Origin: the human T2T-CHM13v2.0 reference genome, Homo sapiens
Length of the DNA stretch: 64,000 bases
NCBI RefSeq assembly: GCF_009914755.1
Contig: NC_060926.1
Reading direction: 5' to 3' (one strand)
The position numbers were made by a program, and so were the translations under genes. Under the pieces are notes generated by a model that ran no database searches, was not told the origin of the DNA, and saw only the letters and a list, made by a program, of their open reading frames with translations. Positions 31,124 to 47,509 of this stretch are shown in pieces; the first letter of the stretch is position 1, and the number at the start of each line of letters is the position of its first letter.

Positions 31124-31343
31124 CATGGACACAGGAAGGGGAACATCACACTCTGGGGGACTGTTGTGGGGTGGGGGGAGGGGGGAGGGATAGTATTAGG
31201 AGATATACCTAACTCTAAATGACGAGTTAATGGGTGCAGCACACCAGCATGGCACATGTATACATATGTAACTAACTGGCACATTGTGCACATGTACCCT
31301 AAAACTTAAAGTATAATAATAATAAAAATTAAAATTAAAAAAA
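31124..31343 (+). mobile_element. young L1PA 3' end fragment with 17-bp TSD
   Basis: L1 3' UTR and A tail; agaaatgcttgac(a/g)tca at 31107-31123 and 31344-31360. Confidence 0.95.
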
Positions 31344-31689
31344 AGAAATGCTTGACGTCATTTTGTTGTTGTAGTAGGATTTAATTATGAATAATATTTT
31401 TTAAAAATATATTTTATTTATAGGGCAATGTCATATTGAACGAAGTAAAGAAAATTGTAAAGCAAAACAATCACCAATAATGCCACCAGAATAACAAAGC
31501 TGTTCTTATTTTCTGTATTCCTAGTTTGTATTTTTATTTGTAATTTATTGAAATAGAACCCCCAATACTACTCTCTTATTAGAGGAATATCAAGTTGAGA
31601 GCACAAACAGTCCCCCACATTAATATGACTTCTGGGGACTGCCAAGCCTTCTATGGTCTGTCATCTGCTCAAATTTCAAGCACCATCTC

Positions 31690-32118
31690 TTTTTATTTAT
31701 TAATTTTATTTTATATTTCGGGGTACAGGCACAGGGTGTGCAGATTTGTTACATAAATAAACTTGTGCCATGGTAGTTTGCTGCACAGATCAACCCATCA
31801 CCTAGGTATTAAGCCCAGCATACATTAGCTATTATTCCTGATGCTCTCCCTCCCCCAAACTCCCTTTTCACCGCTGACAGGTGCCAGAGTGTGTTGTTCC
31901 CATTTCTGTGTCTATGTGTTCACATTGCTTAGCTCTCACTTATAAGTGAGAACACGCAGTGTTCAGTTTTCTATTCCTTTGTTAGTGTGCTGAGGATAAT
32001 GGCTTCTAGCTCCATCCAGGTCCCTGCAAAGGATATGATCTTGTTCTTTTTTATTGTTGCATAGTATTCCATGGTGTATATATACCACATTTTCTTTATC
32101 CAATCTATCATTAATGGT
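31690..32118 (-). mobile_element. older L1PA 3' end fragment
   Basis: atcacctaggtattaagcccagcatacattagctattattcctgatgctctccc. Confidence 0.85.
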
Positions 32119-32541
32119 CAATAGCCATCTCTTACCTTTGCCCCATATGCTGTCTTAGCTGCGTCTATATTGGACTCCATATAGTTACTGGCAGGTGACA
32201 TCTTTTTTCCCCATGTCTACCTGCCTTTGATTAAGCTGTTTTTCTTTTAATACATCCTTCCCTGTTTGTTGTCTACTTACCTTTCAATATTTAGCTGACA
32301 CATCACCTCTGACACAAACTTTCCCTAGTTAGTTACCAAAGTTTTCTCTTCCATTTTTTCATTTGCAAAGTTAGAATGATCAGGGTATCATGACACTAAT
32401 GTCTTGTTAGAATTAAATAAATTAAATGAGACAACACAGGGTCAGCACTTCAGTGCCTGACATATGGCACTTAATACATGTTGGCTGCTTTACTAATAAT
32501 TATGTAAGATACGGGGGTCTTTATTACAATTTTTATGAAAG

Positions 32542-33563
<1,022 letters not shown>

Positions 33564-33585
33564 GTAAAAATGCTGTTCTCATTAG

Positions 33586-35016
33586 TGGGATTTCAGAAAC
33601 AATCTTAGAACACTTTAAAATGAAACCTATTATGGACGAACTTTAAGCAAGAATAAAGCATCTATGCTAATGGTAATTTTTGTAATGTGATTTTTTAGGT
33701 TAAATATACTGTCCATGCATTACTTAGTTTTAGGATGAACATAGCATTTAACTTTGATTAAATACGAAGTAGATGAGAATTTAAACCAGTGGAACTCAAT
33801 TATTGGACTGATTAAGCAAGAAATATATATTATCTATTTTAATCTGCTTAATTACTGAAACAAGTTTTTCTTTTAAAATTACTCTATTAGTCCAAAGAAC
33901 AAAATCAATGTATATTCAATTCATATTAATTATACAACAAACGCAAAGTCGAGTCAGGTTTAGCACAGTCCAGTACTGTGATTTTCTTATTGGTAAATTG
34001 AAAATTCATTTACTAAAAGCAAAAAGAGTGCTTTGACTACATTTAAAATCAGCATGAATGCTAAAATTTAAATGTCAAACCAATCTCAAATCTGTAGGGG
34101 TTTAAGTGTGTACAGGGTCAAGGTAGGGAGGAAGAATGTGATTCTATTTCTTCTGCTTCTGAAGCAAGGATCTGTACAATGAAACTGTTAGGTTTGTAGA
34201 CAACAGATGACTTTACCAAAATAGTATTTTAGTGGTTGAACAGTGACAAATCAGAAGATGCTGAATGAATTTTCTTTAAGCTATACACAGGTTTACAAAT
34301 GAAGGAACAAAGGCAAGATAAGATGTGTCTGTGTTTCTACTACAAAATTAATTATCTTGGCGCCACTGCCCAAGACAAGTCGCTTTGTCCACCTGATGGA
34401 AAGAAAACCACGCACAGCTAATGCGTTTTGCCAACCAAACTCTACTGGTCATTAAGGAATGAACAGAGAAAAAAAGAGAGAGTCCCAGAGGGTGGCTCTT
34501 GTGAAGGCTAACCTGAACTCTCTAGTTAGGTCTGGGCTGTACCCACAGGTTGTATCAGACAGTGCACATTTGATTTTGTAGTAACACTTCATGTTGGAAC
34601 AACATTTCCCATTTTACAAAGCTTTTTATTTATTTTCTTTTTTAACTTCCGCAACCACTCTATCGGGCCTATGTATATTTAGCTATAGATTATTAACTAT
34701 TTATTATGTCATGCAATTAACATGTAGTTAAGTAAGTTAAATGAACATTTTATGCATATATGAGTAATTTTTATTACTTTCCACCTGTAAGTCAGTAAAA
34801 AGGCTCCGAGAGGCAGAATCATGATATCGAATAGTGTATGAATGGCAGAGCTGGAACTTAAGCCTGCGTTTTCTAAGTCTAGGGTTCTTTTCTTGATGCC
34901 CAAACTGCCACTGGAGTCACAGAGCTGCTGACTGACCAAAATGGGAAAGATGTGATAACCCCTAGATTACTTTAAGGAACCTGGACCATTTAAACTCTTT
35001 TGCCTGTATCAATCAA
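33586..35016 (+). pseudogene. AT-rich collagen-like exon remnants (~33586-33672, 33699-33992, 34020-34121, 34165-34548, 34935-35016)
   Basis: VES-GLA; NYL-GAT-AQD-KSL-CPP-DGK; GH*-GMN-REK; KEP-GPF. Confidence 0.6.
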
Positions 35017-35680
35017 GTTAATGTCAAACTGACCACAGATCTGCTTCTCTCTACCCTGTTAAGCTAGAGTCTAAATCAATAAGCACATCATTCAGATGCC
35101 GCATGCATTCATTCACTCATTTATTCATTTATTCAGCAAGTGATTACCCACTATCTCTGTGGCTCCACGATGCTCCCTGGGAATAGAACAGTGCAAATGT
35201 TAGTATGAGTCCCACCCTCACAGAGGGAAAGGGACTAGCCGTGGTTTAGGAATTAGAAGCCAATGTAGAAAATGATAGAAGGACGGTAAGGGAGCTGTGG
35301 GTGCTCCGAGGAGAGGCACGGAACACAACCTGGAGGAGTCAGAGAAATCCTGGATGACATTTCTAAGTGCAGTCCTCTTGGGTAAGCAAGAATTAGCAAG
35401 GCAAAGTTGAAGCATGAAGGTTTGGAGAGAAAAAAATAATGTTGCTGGCAGAATGACTGGTACATGTGAAGGATCAGTTGCCTCATCCAGTCTGAGTTTT
35501 CAACACTCCTATGAGAATGCTTCCTGACAGAGAAAGCCTCACCCTCAGCAGCCATCCCTGCTTTATTTGTGTGGATGGCGAGGCTCAGGGAAGCAAAGTA
35601 ATTATTCCCTTCTGGAAAATAGCAATCACGCTTAACACTTAGTTCTAGCCTCTCTATGCATTTCTTTTTTCTTTTCACAG

Positions 35681-36241
35681 TACTATGCTACTGTTAACCA
35701 TGGTTTACATCAGAATTTCCCAAACCACAGTTTGCCTTCAAATAAGAATAAAATAATAGCTATTGCTGTGGCCAATTAGACTAGATCTTAAAATTATAAA
35801 ATGAGTCCGGATAATTTGTTCAATGAATTCTAACCATGAAGATTGGCTACGCAATCATACTTTTTCAGTGATTTTGGGGTCATGAAGTCCGGAAATGAAA
35901 CCCAGTTTGTGTGAGCAAGACATAATTATGCATTTCCAGTCCAGTAATCCTAAACATATACAAATTTCACCATTTCAAATTCATCAGCACCCTCATCTCC
36001 AGATGAATGGACAGAGGAAAAGAAAATGGACAGGACAAGGCTTTTAGGCTGCTTTGGGAACTATGTTTTTGTGTTTGGGGAGGTAGAGCGATTCAGGACT
36101 ATCTTCTTTCCTCTTTATTTCTCTACCTTCACTAGGAGGTGCTCCATGTTCGCTAGGAGGTTCTCCAAAGATCCAAATCACCTAAGCATGCACACCTTTC
36201 CCTTAAGAGACAACATATGTTCTAATGACCAAGCCTTACAA
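35681..36241 (+). pseudogene. collagen-like exon remnant (561 nt)
   Basis: Strong acceptor tttttttcttttcacAG; ORF 36026 DRT-RLL-GCF-GNY-VFV..GEV-ERF-RTI-FFP-LYF-STF-TRR-CSM-FAR-RFS-KDP-NHL-SMH-TFP; donor gtaagt. Confidence 0.85.
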
Positions 36242-36279
36242 GTAAGTAATTTAGCGAGATAGAGAGTAATGTCATTGTC

Positions 36280-36650
36280 AATCCTGTGGCCTGGCATATT
36301 GGTCATCTTTAATGACTCACTGAATCCTTGCCCCTACAGAATGTTTGTTTGCTGCTTTGTGAAAACCCTTGTCTTTACATTTCTGTGTCTGCATCCATAA
36401 ACTGTCATCATTATTCCACCTCTCTGAGCCATTCACTAACTCACAGATGGAGAATGAGAAGCATTGCACGTATTGGTATATTGATATTGGGCACTTTTGT
36501 GTCTGGTCCATGTGCATGTGTTCTGCCTGGCACACTGATGCACACACCTGGTCTCACTTTCTGCCTTCATGATTTTCTAGATTTAGGACAGATATTATTT
36601 ATTTTTGCTGCCCCACTCACATTCATTCAAACTTCTTTTACTAAAGCAAT
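36280..36650 (+). pseudogene. collagen-like exon remnant
   Basis: ORF 36328 WRM-RSI-ARI-GIL..GTF..GPC..VLP-GTL..TP-GLT. Confidence 0.7.
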
Positions 36651-36656
36651 ACTGTG

Positions 36657-36971
<315 letters not shown>

Positions 36972-36984
36972 TTATTTATTTTGT

Positions 36985-37450
36985 GGGGTGGGAAGGACTC
37001 ACTTTTTCAAGGCTCTTCACCCATGAGGTTTGGATGGAATTGACTTCACCTCCAGCCACTGTGGTGGACTCTAATTGGCCCAATTAGAATAATGCATCCC
37101 CCTTACTTGGCTCAGAGCCAGCAAGATATAAAAAGGCTATTGTTAGATCTTTGTGAAACACGCAGGTATAATTGCTACTGTACTTGTAGCTGGAAGAAGT
37201 GTCATGTTGGAACTGATGCTGCCATCTTGCTGCAACACATGATTTGAGGATGAAGCCAACCTGACACTTAGAGAACAGACCCAAGAAAGAGAGTGAGAAA
37301 AGCAGAGTCCAGTAAAATCAACTGAGTTTTTGAACCCAATCCTACCCCTGGTATTAGTTTTCCTATTTCAGAAATATTTCCTTATTAATTAAACCAATTT
37401 GGGTTGTGTTTTTGGCCATTTTCCATTGGAAAGACATTAACTGTTATACT
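36985..37450 (+). mobile_element. old MLT1 LTR
   Basis: gctgccatcttg...gaggatgaagccaac...ttaaaccaatttgggttg motifs. Confidence 0.55.
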
Positions 37451-37702
37451 TTGCCAACCCTGCCAGGCAGAATGGATTCCTCCCTTCTCTGCATTCTCAA
37501 ATGCTTTGTTTATAGCACTATTAGATCACTTCTCAAATGGTTTATAGTTGGTTATATGAGTTTGTAAGCCTCTGGAGGGTACTAACCATGGCTAATTCCG
37601 CTTTACATCTCCCCAGCTTCAAGCACAGTGCCTGGCACATGGTAGATACTCAATGAGGGTTTGTTCAATTAACTAACAACTTTACTGCTCTTCCTCTGTT
37701 AG

Positions 37703-39012
<1,310 letters not shown>

Positions 39013-39036
39013 GAAAAATCATTTCTCTTCACTTAG

Positions 39037-39941
39037 CCTCACAGGCTTGTACAAGAAAAGAAATTGGTATAGACAGTCCATAAAAATCACAGTATTGTTA
39101 ATATATTCTGATTCTGTGTTGCTTTTCTTTATGAGGATGGCAAGCTAGTTCACATCCATGAGATGCAGTGACACTCACCTGGAGAACACACTCCAAATTT
39201 TCTGTTTTTATTTGGTAATAGATTTTTTTTTCGAATTACTTTGCTCAGTTGATAAATGGAGAGCACAGGCTCTTCTAGGGGTCTCTTTCTGGATGTGAAA
39301 AGCAAGAGATGTAATCATGCACAAGAAGAAACAGTGTGCTCATTACCCCTAAGTCACACACACACACAAATACAAGCATTAGAATAACCTCTTGGAATAT
39401 TCATGAATTTTGAAACATGTTACGGTATCAGGAGTTCTTCTCCCTGTTTTCTGATACTTTAACTCACACCTTCTGAACTGTAGAATTTCTAGTGATTTGT
39501 GAAATCTCCACTCACATTGGTCCTACCTGCTGGAGGAAGCCTTCACTGATACCCTTAGCCCTGACCAGCTGCCCGTTCTCTGTGCCTGTAGGCACATATG
39601 AGTAATCGCACGCCATGCTGACTTCATGGATCTTTGGATGTCAATCTTCTACACTTCATATTCCTTGAAGGTAAAGAGTGTGTCCTATTCCTCTTTGTAT
39701 TCCCGAGGCCCAGCCTAATGGGCAACGAATTACGGAAATCTCAGCCAATGTTTGAAAAGTAAGCTTAGGGAAAATTTACGAGCAAAAGACTTAAATAATA
39801 ATAAGACACTTTTACAATACACGAGGATTCACAGAAATGTGTATGGTAAATAGTAAATGAGTTGACCAGACATGGGAGGCCATGGAGAGAAAATGCAATG
39901 TCTTCATCAGCAAATAACAGTTTGGATAAAAATAAAATGTG
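39037..39941 (+). pseudogene. collagen-like exon remnants (~39037-39350, 39385-39525, 39760-39941) with an intervening L2 fragment
   Basis: EI-GID; ED-GKL; SP-GEH; TR-GFT; GH-GEK. Confidence 0.6.
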
Positions 39942-40239
39942 GTAACATGCTTTCTGTGGTTAAGAACTGTGGTTAGTCCAGTGTGGCTAAGGAATGTTAG
40001 AAAGTCAGATTGAGAGGAAATGATAAAAAGCTTTGAAGGCCAGGCTAAGACTTTATAGATCTATTCTGCATACCAAGCTAATATTTTGATGAATAGAATC
40101 TGTGGGCAATTCTGCCTTGCATATATGTTATAAAGATAGACACCGTCTCCTGAGCCTCAGCTCCCTTACATATAAAGTCAGGAGGTTAGAACCCTGGCAA
40201 TCTCTAAGGTTTCTTGATGACCTTCAATCTATGATTTAG

Positions 40240-41175
40240 GGCCGAGCTGGTTCACCTCATGCAGACATCACTTTGGAAAAGATTATCCTCATTATGCTGC
40301 CTCATCTGAGCCCAAGATAATAAATAACTGCAATTATCAATTAAGCTTACCTGTTTCAGCTTTCTTTCTCAACAATCTTGAAGAAAATCCTTTAAGATTG
40401 TGACTTTATAAACACATAAGATAATTAATTGAGAAGACTCAAACACATATTCACTCAAGAAGACGTCTCCACAAGGAAGGGCAGAGCTGAGTGAGAAACA
40501 AGGACCCACAACTAGAGTTGAGTGGACCTCAGGGAGACGAGGGTGGAGGGGATGTTGACAAGGATGCCCAAGGGGAAGCCAGACTCGAGAGAGACCATTC
40601 AGGTGCTGGCTGGCCCGAGAAGGGAAGACCTGGGAGGCGAAAATCCACAGGGGCTGGGAAGGGAAGTTCCAAAGTGCCCCAAAAGGACCCAAGGGAACTA
40701 GCGTGGCCGCCTTGTGGCTAATGGGTTTGTATTCATCACTTTCCATGGCATTTTTCCTCTATGTCCCACCCTTTAAGTTTAAGGAAAACTTGAAGGTTTC
40801 TCCCAAGTTACATATAACAGTTTGGAGACAAACCGACTCACTAGAGGCTCAGACTGGCCGATATCAAGGCCCTTTGTGGAATAATTCCAAGAAATGCATT
40901 AACTATCATATATTATGAGATATCTGCATAGTTCTGTGGCAAAATAAAATTGCCATATGAATCTGTGAATGTAAAAGTGTGTTGCCTGGTGTAATTGAGA
41001 CACAAACAGAGACTTATATGTGGCGAGTTCCTCTGACTGCTTCTTCTCTCACAAGACAGCTCACAGATTCAGCCTTTCATTCACACATGTGAGATAAAAT
41101 ACTACCCAAAGGGATAAGTTCAGGTTTTTGAGCTTAGGGCATTTTTCAGGAAAAATGAGGATAATGGAACACACA
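40240..41175 (+). pseudogene. collagen-like exon remnants (~40240-40318, 40350-41175)
   Basis: GRA-GSP; ORF 40491 ELS-GPQ-GDE..DAQ-GEA-RLE-RDH..GWP..GRP-GRR; VLP-GVI-ETQ; LPK-GIS. Confidence 0.8.
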
Positions 41176-41519
41176 CATACCTATGCAGAGCCAGCTTCAT
41201 AGGCATGCAAACTGTGCAGCCCCACACAGCACCACGCAGCCACATGCTCAGCAGAGTGTTTAAGGTACTATTGTCTCCATCCTGAAATTCTTAGTAATTT
41301 TTGAACAAAAGGCTTAATACTTTTATTTTATACGGGTTCCCACAAAGTATGTGTTTGGTCTTATGTGCATATATGGATAGATAGCAAATAGATGATAGAG
41401 ACAGATAAACAGATAAATAGATATGATAGTGATGACTATGATAATAGATCAAGATTTGAATAAAGAAAGCAAGCTGTGGGGATGAGAAAGAAACTTTCTA
41501 CCATACTATTTTTCTTCAA

Positions 41520-42850
41520 ATCACTTATCTTTTGCCTGATTCACATCTTATCTGGTGAGAAAATTTCAATTTGATTATTAATAGAGAATTTAAATTCTCT
41601 GAAAGACCACTGTTTATGAGTTGCACTAAAATCAGTAACCTACTTCATTAAACGGAGTTAATAATGTTATTTTCGTGGGTACTTCAATACAGAGTAGAAA
41701 GCCACTGTTTCCAGGAAAGGTAGTGTATTTGTCAATAATCTTCTTTCCACTTTCTTCATCGTACCTTAATGCCCAAGAATCAGCTAATCTCAGTGAAAAA
41801 AAAAATATATACGCCTCATGCGCTGCCACCTCAAACATCACCTAGAGTCAAATTGTTTCAAAACATGAGTTCCACTGGCTTCCAGCCCAAGTCGCAGTGA
41901 CTGCACTTCATGCTGCTGAAACTGCAAACAGTTCAATCTGAAGGATTCCATCGCAGGAGAACTGGATGTGCAACTAGATGACACTATAGATAAGTGGATT
42001 AATCCAGAAACTTCTAATGCTTTCTAATTCCATTCAATGGGGAAAGATGGTCACAGTGACAAGATGAGTATATTCTTAAAAAAAAATTGTTAGAAATCTT
42101 CTAACGCAGTGTTAATCTCCTTTGTATTGCCATTTTGATGATTACATAGTAGTGGTTTTCTGTATTTCCATCTTTTAAAAACATTATTATTACTCTTTTA
42201 TTTTTATAGGATAGGGTCTTGCTATGTTGTTCTGGCTGGTCTCAAACTCCTAGGCTCAAGTGACCCTACTGTCTCAGCCTCCCAAGTGGCTGATATTATA
42301 GGCTTGAGCCACTCTACCTGGGTCTTTTTTTCCCCTTTAAGTTATTCTACATTTGAACTTACTTTAAAATTATGTTTTCTTTCTAAATTAGAAAAATCAC
42401 TGATTCTCAAACTATTAAAACTAGAAGAACTATTTGGAATTATTTAGCTCATTGTTTTACAATTTTAAAGTATTTTCTTACGGTCTTCATATATTTTTTC
42501 CATACCTTGATTCCCTAAATACAGTATAATGATTTCTATTTTTTAAAATCAGTTCATTTTGTATGTTAAAGAAATTTACTCTCATCTTACACAATAGTAT
42601 CCATTAAATCCTGGATTTAATAAGCTAGTTTTAAACTTTCAAAACACACACACAAACACACAATTTTTTCCGTTAAATTTGTCTATGACCACCTGAAAAT
42701 AGTTTATGTATCTCTCTAATAAACATACTACAATTTGAGATATGGAAATACAATCTAAACTTTTTGTGGTACAGACTAGCCAATTAAGGCTTAGTGAGCA
42801 TATTAAAGAAAAAAAATATCCCATGGCCCAGTGGAAAATCTTAGGCTTAA
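41520..42850 (+). pseudogene. collagen-like exon remnants (~41520-42067, 42392-42560, 42680-42850)
   Basis: LS-GEK; LFP-GKV; SM-GKD-GHS-DKM; SH-GPV-ENL-RLK. Confidence 0.65.
42190..42323 (-). mobile_element. FLAM/Alu left monomer
   Basis: agggtcttgctatgttg...aactcctaggctcaagtga. Confidence 0.8.
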
Positions 42851-43299
42851 AACATTTTTAATTATAATCCTTACCCTGCCATTTCCTACCTCTACCTCTT
42901 TGACTAAGTTACCTAAAAATCTGTGAGCCTCAGTTTTCTTATACATAGGAATGACATTTAAGCAACAACCTAGCCCATACAACACTCCTGAGGACTAAAT
43001 AATCCCAAGAAGGAGGGGTTATAATGGGTTTGTGATGGTGACAGATGACATAGATCATTGTAAAGATTGTGGATTTTATTCTGAGATAGAAAGCCATTCC
43101 TCAAGGTCACAAGGGCAGTTATTGACAGATGACAAACAAAACCAAATTTCCCTACTTCTCAGTTGAATGACCTGGGTGCAAAATGTACTAAGTTAGTTAG
43201 ACATTAAATAAACTAGTGTCATTTATCCGTCTTCAATGAACTGAGTGTTTATAAGACTTTATCTAGCCAATAATGTTCACAGAGCACAGATAACTCTCT

Positions 43300-44920
43300 T
43301 TCCTAATGAAAATACATAGTGAGTGTATTATTGTATGAGGATCAATGGTTCCCTAATTTTTTTCTGACATGGTTGCTTCATTGCAATTTATCTCTGCAGC
43401 AAAAGGTAGAATGATTGGTTCCTTTCTGATTTTTCCTTTCAATCTAACATATGGTTCTGTTTAAATGTGTCCATGTTTGCAACTTACAGTTGACGTTTTT
43501 GGCACTCAGAATAGTATCTTGCAATTATACTTAGTTTAGAAAGAAGGGTTTGCTTTAACAGCAGAATGCATGAAATAAAAAAGTTCAAGTCAAATTTATT
43601 GGCTGCTGAGAGCCCTCCAGAATGTAGACGTCTGGTCTGGGGAAACTCAATGGATTTCTGTTCTTGGTACACGCACCCACTTATGTGTTCATGTCCCACC
43701 CCCCATCCTCACAGCCATTACATGAAAGCATCTGAGTGTTGTACAAGGTTAAAGCTTTTTGTGTTAATCTATCCCATATGGAGCAGGTATTAAACAGACA
43801 GCAAATTCAGTCAAAGCCTGGGGCAAGCATGTATTTGTAACTAGGGACACTGTCAAGGGACTTTTGTAGCAAAGAATACTGGGGGGGAAACAGAGAAAAG
43901 AGCATATGGAAAGTAGAAAAGTACCTCCCAGGCTAGACTCAGCCTGCAAATAATTGTATATGTGAAGACTCTAAACTTCTTACTATGGTCATAGCTGACA
44001 TTTACAAACACTTGAGGAAGGGGTGCTCCTCCTGCTTCACCATGCCCATGAGACACAGAGTTACCCCATTTCTGAGCCTAACTGCAGAAATTAAACCCAG
44101 AAATAACAGTGATTCAGCACAACTCAACAGTGTCCCAGCACCAGATCCTGGACACACGGAAATTAGTAAAACAAAGGAGCTCTGCAAAAGTAATAGAAAG
44201 GCACATGTCAAGCTCTTCGCCATTTAAGTGAAAAGATTTTATGTTTTAAGTACTGAATTTTGAGCAAATGAGAGACTGACTGAGAATTCTTGGTGGTTAG
44301 AATATCTATATCAAAATCAACATGTGACCAGGCCAGTTCATGACGTATATCAGACAATGGAGATCTGGAATAGACTCAGAACAACAAAATGGTGGGAAGC
44401 CAACTAGAGGAGACGCTGGCACTGCTGACCCTGGTTCAAGGGCAGGTTGATTCCCCCAGGATGGAGGAACTGGAAGTCAGTACCAAAAGACAAGGTAGGC
44501 TTGTTTCTTTCTATATCTTTTTACAGACGTTTTTGCTTACTTATCAGATTTAAAGTGTTCTAAAACGTGGATACAGTTCTTCTGGGTGTTTTTATCCTCT
44601 GCTTGTGTGTACAAGATTCTTAAAGGACTCTTCTGGGTGACATAATCCTATCATCTATTCATGTAGATCTCTTGCATAGAATAAGCCCAAGCAAAGCCTG
44701 CAAAACCATTTATTAAGTGGAATGCATGGCCAGGGAGGTTTGAGAAGAGGGAGAGTTTGGGGTTAGATGATATCTAAAATCTCTTTCAGCTCTGAGTCTA
44801 TTATTCTATGAGAGGTCTCTGAGCTCAAAAACCCTCGCAAACATCAGTGGCCCGGCTGGACCTCTACCCTGCTACCCAGATGGCGACCTAGTAGGAGACC
44901 ACCTTCTGAGTCAGCCAGAT
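43300..44920 (+). pseudogene. collagen-like exon remnants (~43300-43666, 43770-44225, 44265-44494, 44527-44920)
   Basis: AAK-GRM; ORF 43985 CSS-CFT-MPM-RHR-VTP..DP-GHT-EIS-KTK-ELC; TR-GDA-GTA; AAG|gtaggc; ILK-GLF; NIS-GPA-GPL. Confidence 0.75.
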
Positions 44921-45092
44921 CAACCTTCTTCTTGTTGACAAATACTGAGTAGCCACTCCATGCCAGGCACTGAAGATACAAAAGTGAGCAAAACCAACAT
45001 AACCTTTGTGTTCTCATGGTGTTTCCATTGTAGAGGGGGATGCAGACATTGTTCAGTAATCACTGTAAGAGTGTGTATTAAAAGTGATATAA

Positions 45093-45393
45093 GGCCGGGC
45101 ATGGTGGCTCACGCCTGTAATCCCAGCACTTTGGGAGGCCAAGGCGGGCAGATCATGAGGTCGTGAGATGGAGACCATCCTGGCCAAAATGGTGAAACCC
45201 TGTTTCTACTAAAAATATAAAAATTAGCTGGGTGTGGTGGCACATGCCTGTAATCCCAGTTACTCAGGAGGCTGAGGCAGGAGAATTGCTTGAACGAGGG
45301 AGTCAGAGATTGCAGGGAGCCAAGATCGCGCCACTGCACTCCAGCCTGGTGACAGAGCGAGACTCCATCTCACAAAAAAAAAAAAAAAAAAAA
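45093..45393 (+). mobile_element. AluS within an L2 fragment
   Basis: Full Alu; TSD aaaagtgatataa at 45080-45092 and 45390-45402. Confidence 0.95.
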
Positions 45394-45814
45394 GTGATAT
45401 AAAAGATCCAAATAAATCCTATGTGTCATATAATAAACTTGGCCTAGATTAGGCAATCAGGGAACGATGTCTAGGGGAAGTGATATTTGAGCCAAAATCT
45501 GAGGAACAGGAGTTAACTAAAGGAAGGAGGAACGTGAGTTTCCGGAGAGATGAAACAAACATATGCAGGGGAAGAACGTGACATCATAAAATCTAAAGGA
45601 AGGCCAGTAGGCTGGAGGAGAAATCCTGACGGGCAGAGGCAATGAAGTGTCTAAGATGCAATGTGGGAGCCAGGCTGGTCCACTTAGGGACTCAGGCCGG
45701 GAAAGAGATTCTGCCCCTGAATCTAAGTGATAATGAAGAGGCGCTGTAGGTTTTAAGTTGAAGGTTAACTTAGATTTGAATTTGAAAAGACCAATTTGGC
45801 ATTCACTTTCCTAG

Positions 45815-46151
45815 ATGCAACCAAACAGTTTTTGAATCAACTTTTAACTTACACTCCTTAGGTAGGCAATTTTCAAACAATCTTCAAGGCTTGGTGCTTA
45901 TTTTGCATATAAATGGCTGGGCTAATTTGCGCTGCTTATAGCTTAGACCCAAAGGATGCTGGCCAACTAGGGTTTTCTGGCCTTTCTGTGCAAATGAGGC
46001 TCTTTCATTTCCTTGAAGAGTTGAGCTCATTGGGAAAAAGCCAGAAGCATCGACAACAGTCAAGGATGGTGTTTGGGGCAGGAGTTTAATTAACTAATAG
46101 GAAGATTGACAACAGATGTTGAGAACCTGCAACGGGGGGACTTCAGATAAG
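45815..46151 (+). pseudogene. collagen-like exon remnant
   Basis: ctttcctAG; NLQ-GLV-LIL-HIN-GWA; GQL-GFS-GLS-VQM-RLF-HFL-EEL-SSL-GKS; VKD-GVW-GRS; AAG|gtacc. Confidence 0.85.
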
Positions 46152-46917
46152 GTACCAGAAATTCCACTTTCACCCTTGATAGAGCACTTAGCCACTTTGG
46201 GCTTCTGTTTCCTTGTTTATAAAATAGGATTCTTTCATTCATGCATTTGTTTTTTCTTGTTTTTAAATAATGCCCATTTACCAAATCTTGTGCTAAGCTC
46301 TGGAGATACACAAAATAAATAAAGTGTGGGGCCAGGCTTTAAGTCACGCACTGTCACTAGGGAAGAGAAGATCCAATCTTTAGTGAGCACTTACTGCATT
46401 CTGACAGTGTTTGGTACTTTCATATGCATTCCATTCTCTAATTCTTACAACAACCAGGGGAGATCATCAGCTTCTTAGCCACACTCTTAGAAATGGGAAA
46501 ACTAAGACTTAGAGAGAGGAAGTACCTAACCTAAGCTCAGGCAGATGGTAAATGGCAGAGCCAGCTTTCACACTCAAGGCTGTTTGATTCCAAAGCCCAT
46601 GTTCTTTTCACTGTAACACACTGTAAGCAAGTCATTACAGAACCAAGTGATAAGTGTTTTAGAGGAGGTATGTACAAAGAATTATGGGAGCAGAGTGGGG
46701 CGAGACTAATAATAGCTTCCCTGATGTTTCATAGGGCCGTCTGGAGGATCACATGCACTAATGGACTTGAAAGTGCTTTGTAAACTAAAAAGTGCTATAT
46801 AAATATAAGGGATTATTGTAACCCACATATCCGGATCTGCTATGTGAGGGTGCTGAGTAATTCTCAGTGTGAGAAATACATGCTTGGACTATGGCTATTT
46901 AATTCCTTCATTTCCAG

Positions 46918-47469
46918 GACTTTCTTGGCATTCACTAAACCACAGGGGTGGGTCTGGCAGCCAGCAATCTCACACATTCTAAATGGAAGCTGATGCCTGT
47001 CAGCTGTGTGGGGACATTCCTGGGTGCTGAGCGCTCAAATGGCACTCCAGGTTTTTATCTCTGAGCTGAAAGGGAAAGGATTGATTTAGCTTGGAGAGCT
47101 CCCGAGCAACTCTCCTCCCTCTCCTGCTGTCCAGAACCCAGCAGCCCCTAAGAAGGCCCTCCCAATGCCTCAACTCCCAATGATTTCCTGCTGGGACTGC
47201 CCACAGAAATAAGCTCCAGCAGGGGCCAAGCTGAGTCACCGTCTCCACCTTGCGGTGGGGCCCTGGGGAGAGGGATGGCTTGGAGACAGGGCCTGTTTAT
47301 AATTACAGGGATTTTCCAGGCTACCCAGGATGGGGACAGGGTGGATTGTAAGCAGTTGTGCTCAGTAGCCAGGGAGTGACAATAGGGCTGTGTGACCCAA
47401 CTTGGAGTCCACTAGGAGAAATGTGTGACCAGGCTAAGAACAGAGATCCTCCCACCGGCCAGTACTGTG
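46918..47469 (+). pseudogene. collagen-like exon remnant
   Basis: ccttcatttccAG|GA; GAE-RSN-GTP-GFY; WGP-GER; DFP-GYP; SPL-GEM-CDQ-AKN-RDP; G|gttag. Confidence 0.85.
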
Positions 47470-47509
47470 GTTAGCATGGGCACTGCCTTTGTGAATATCT
47501 ATCTATTCA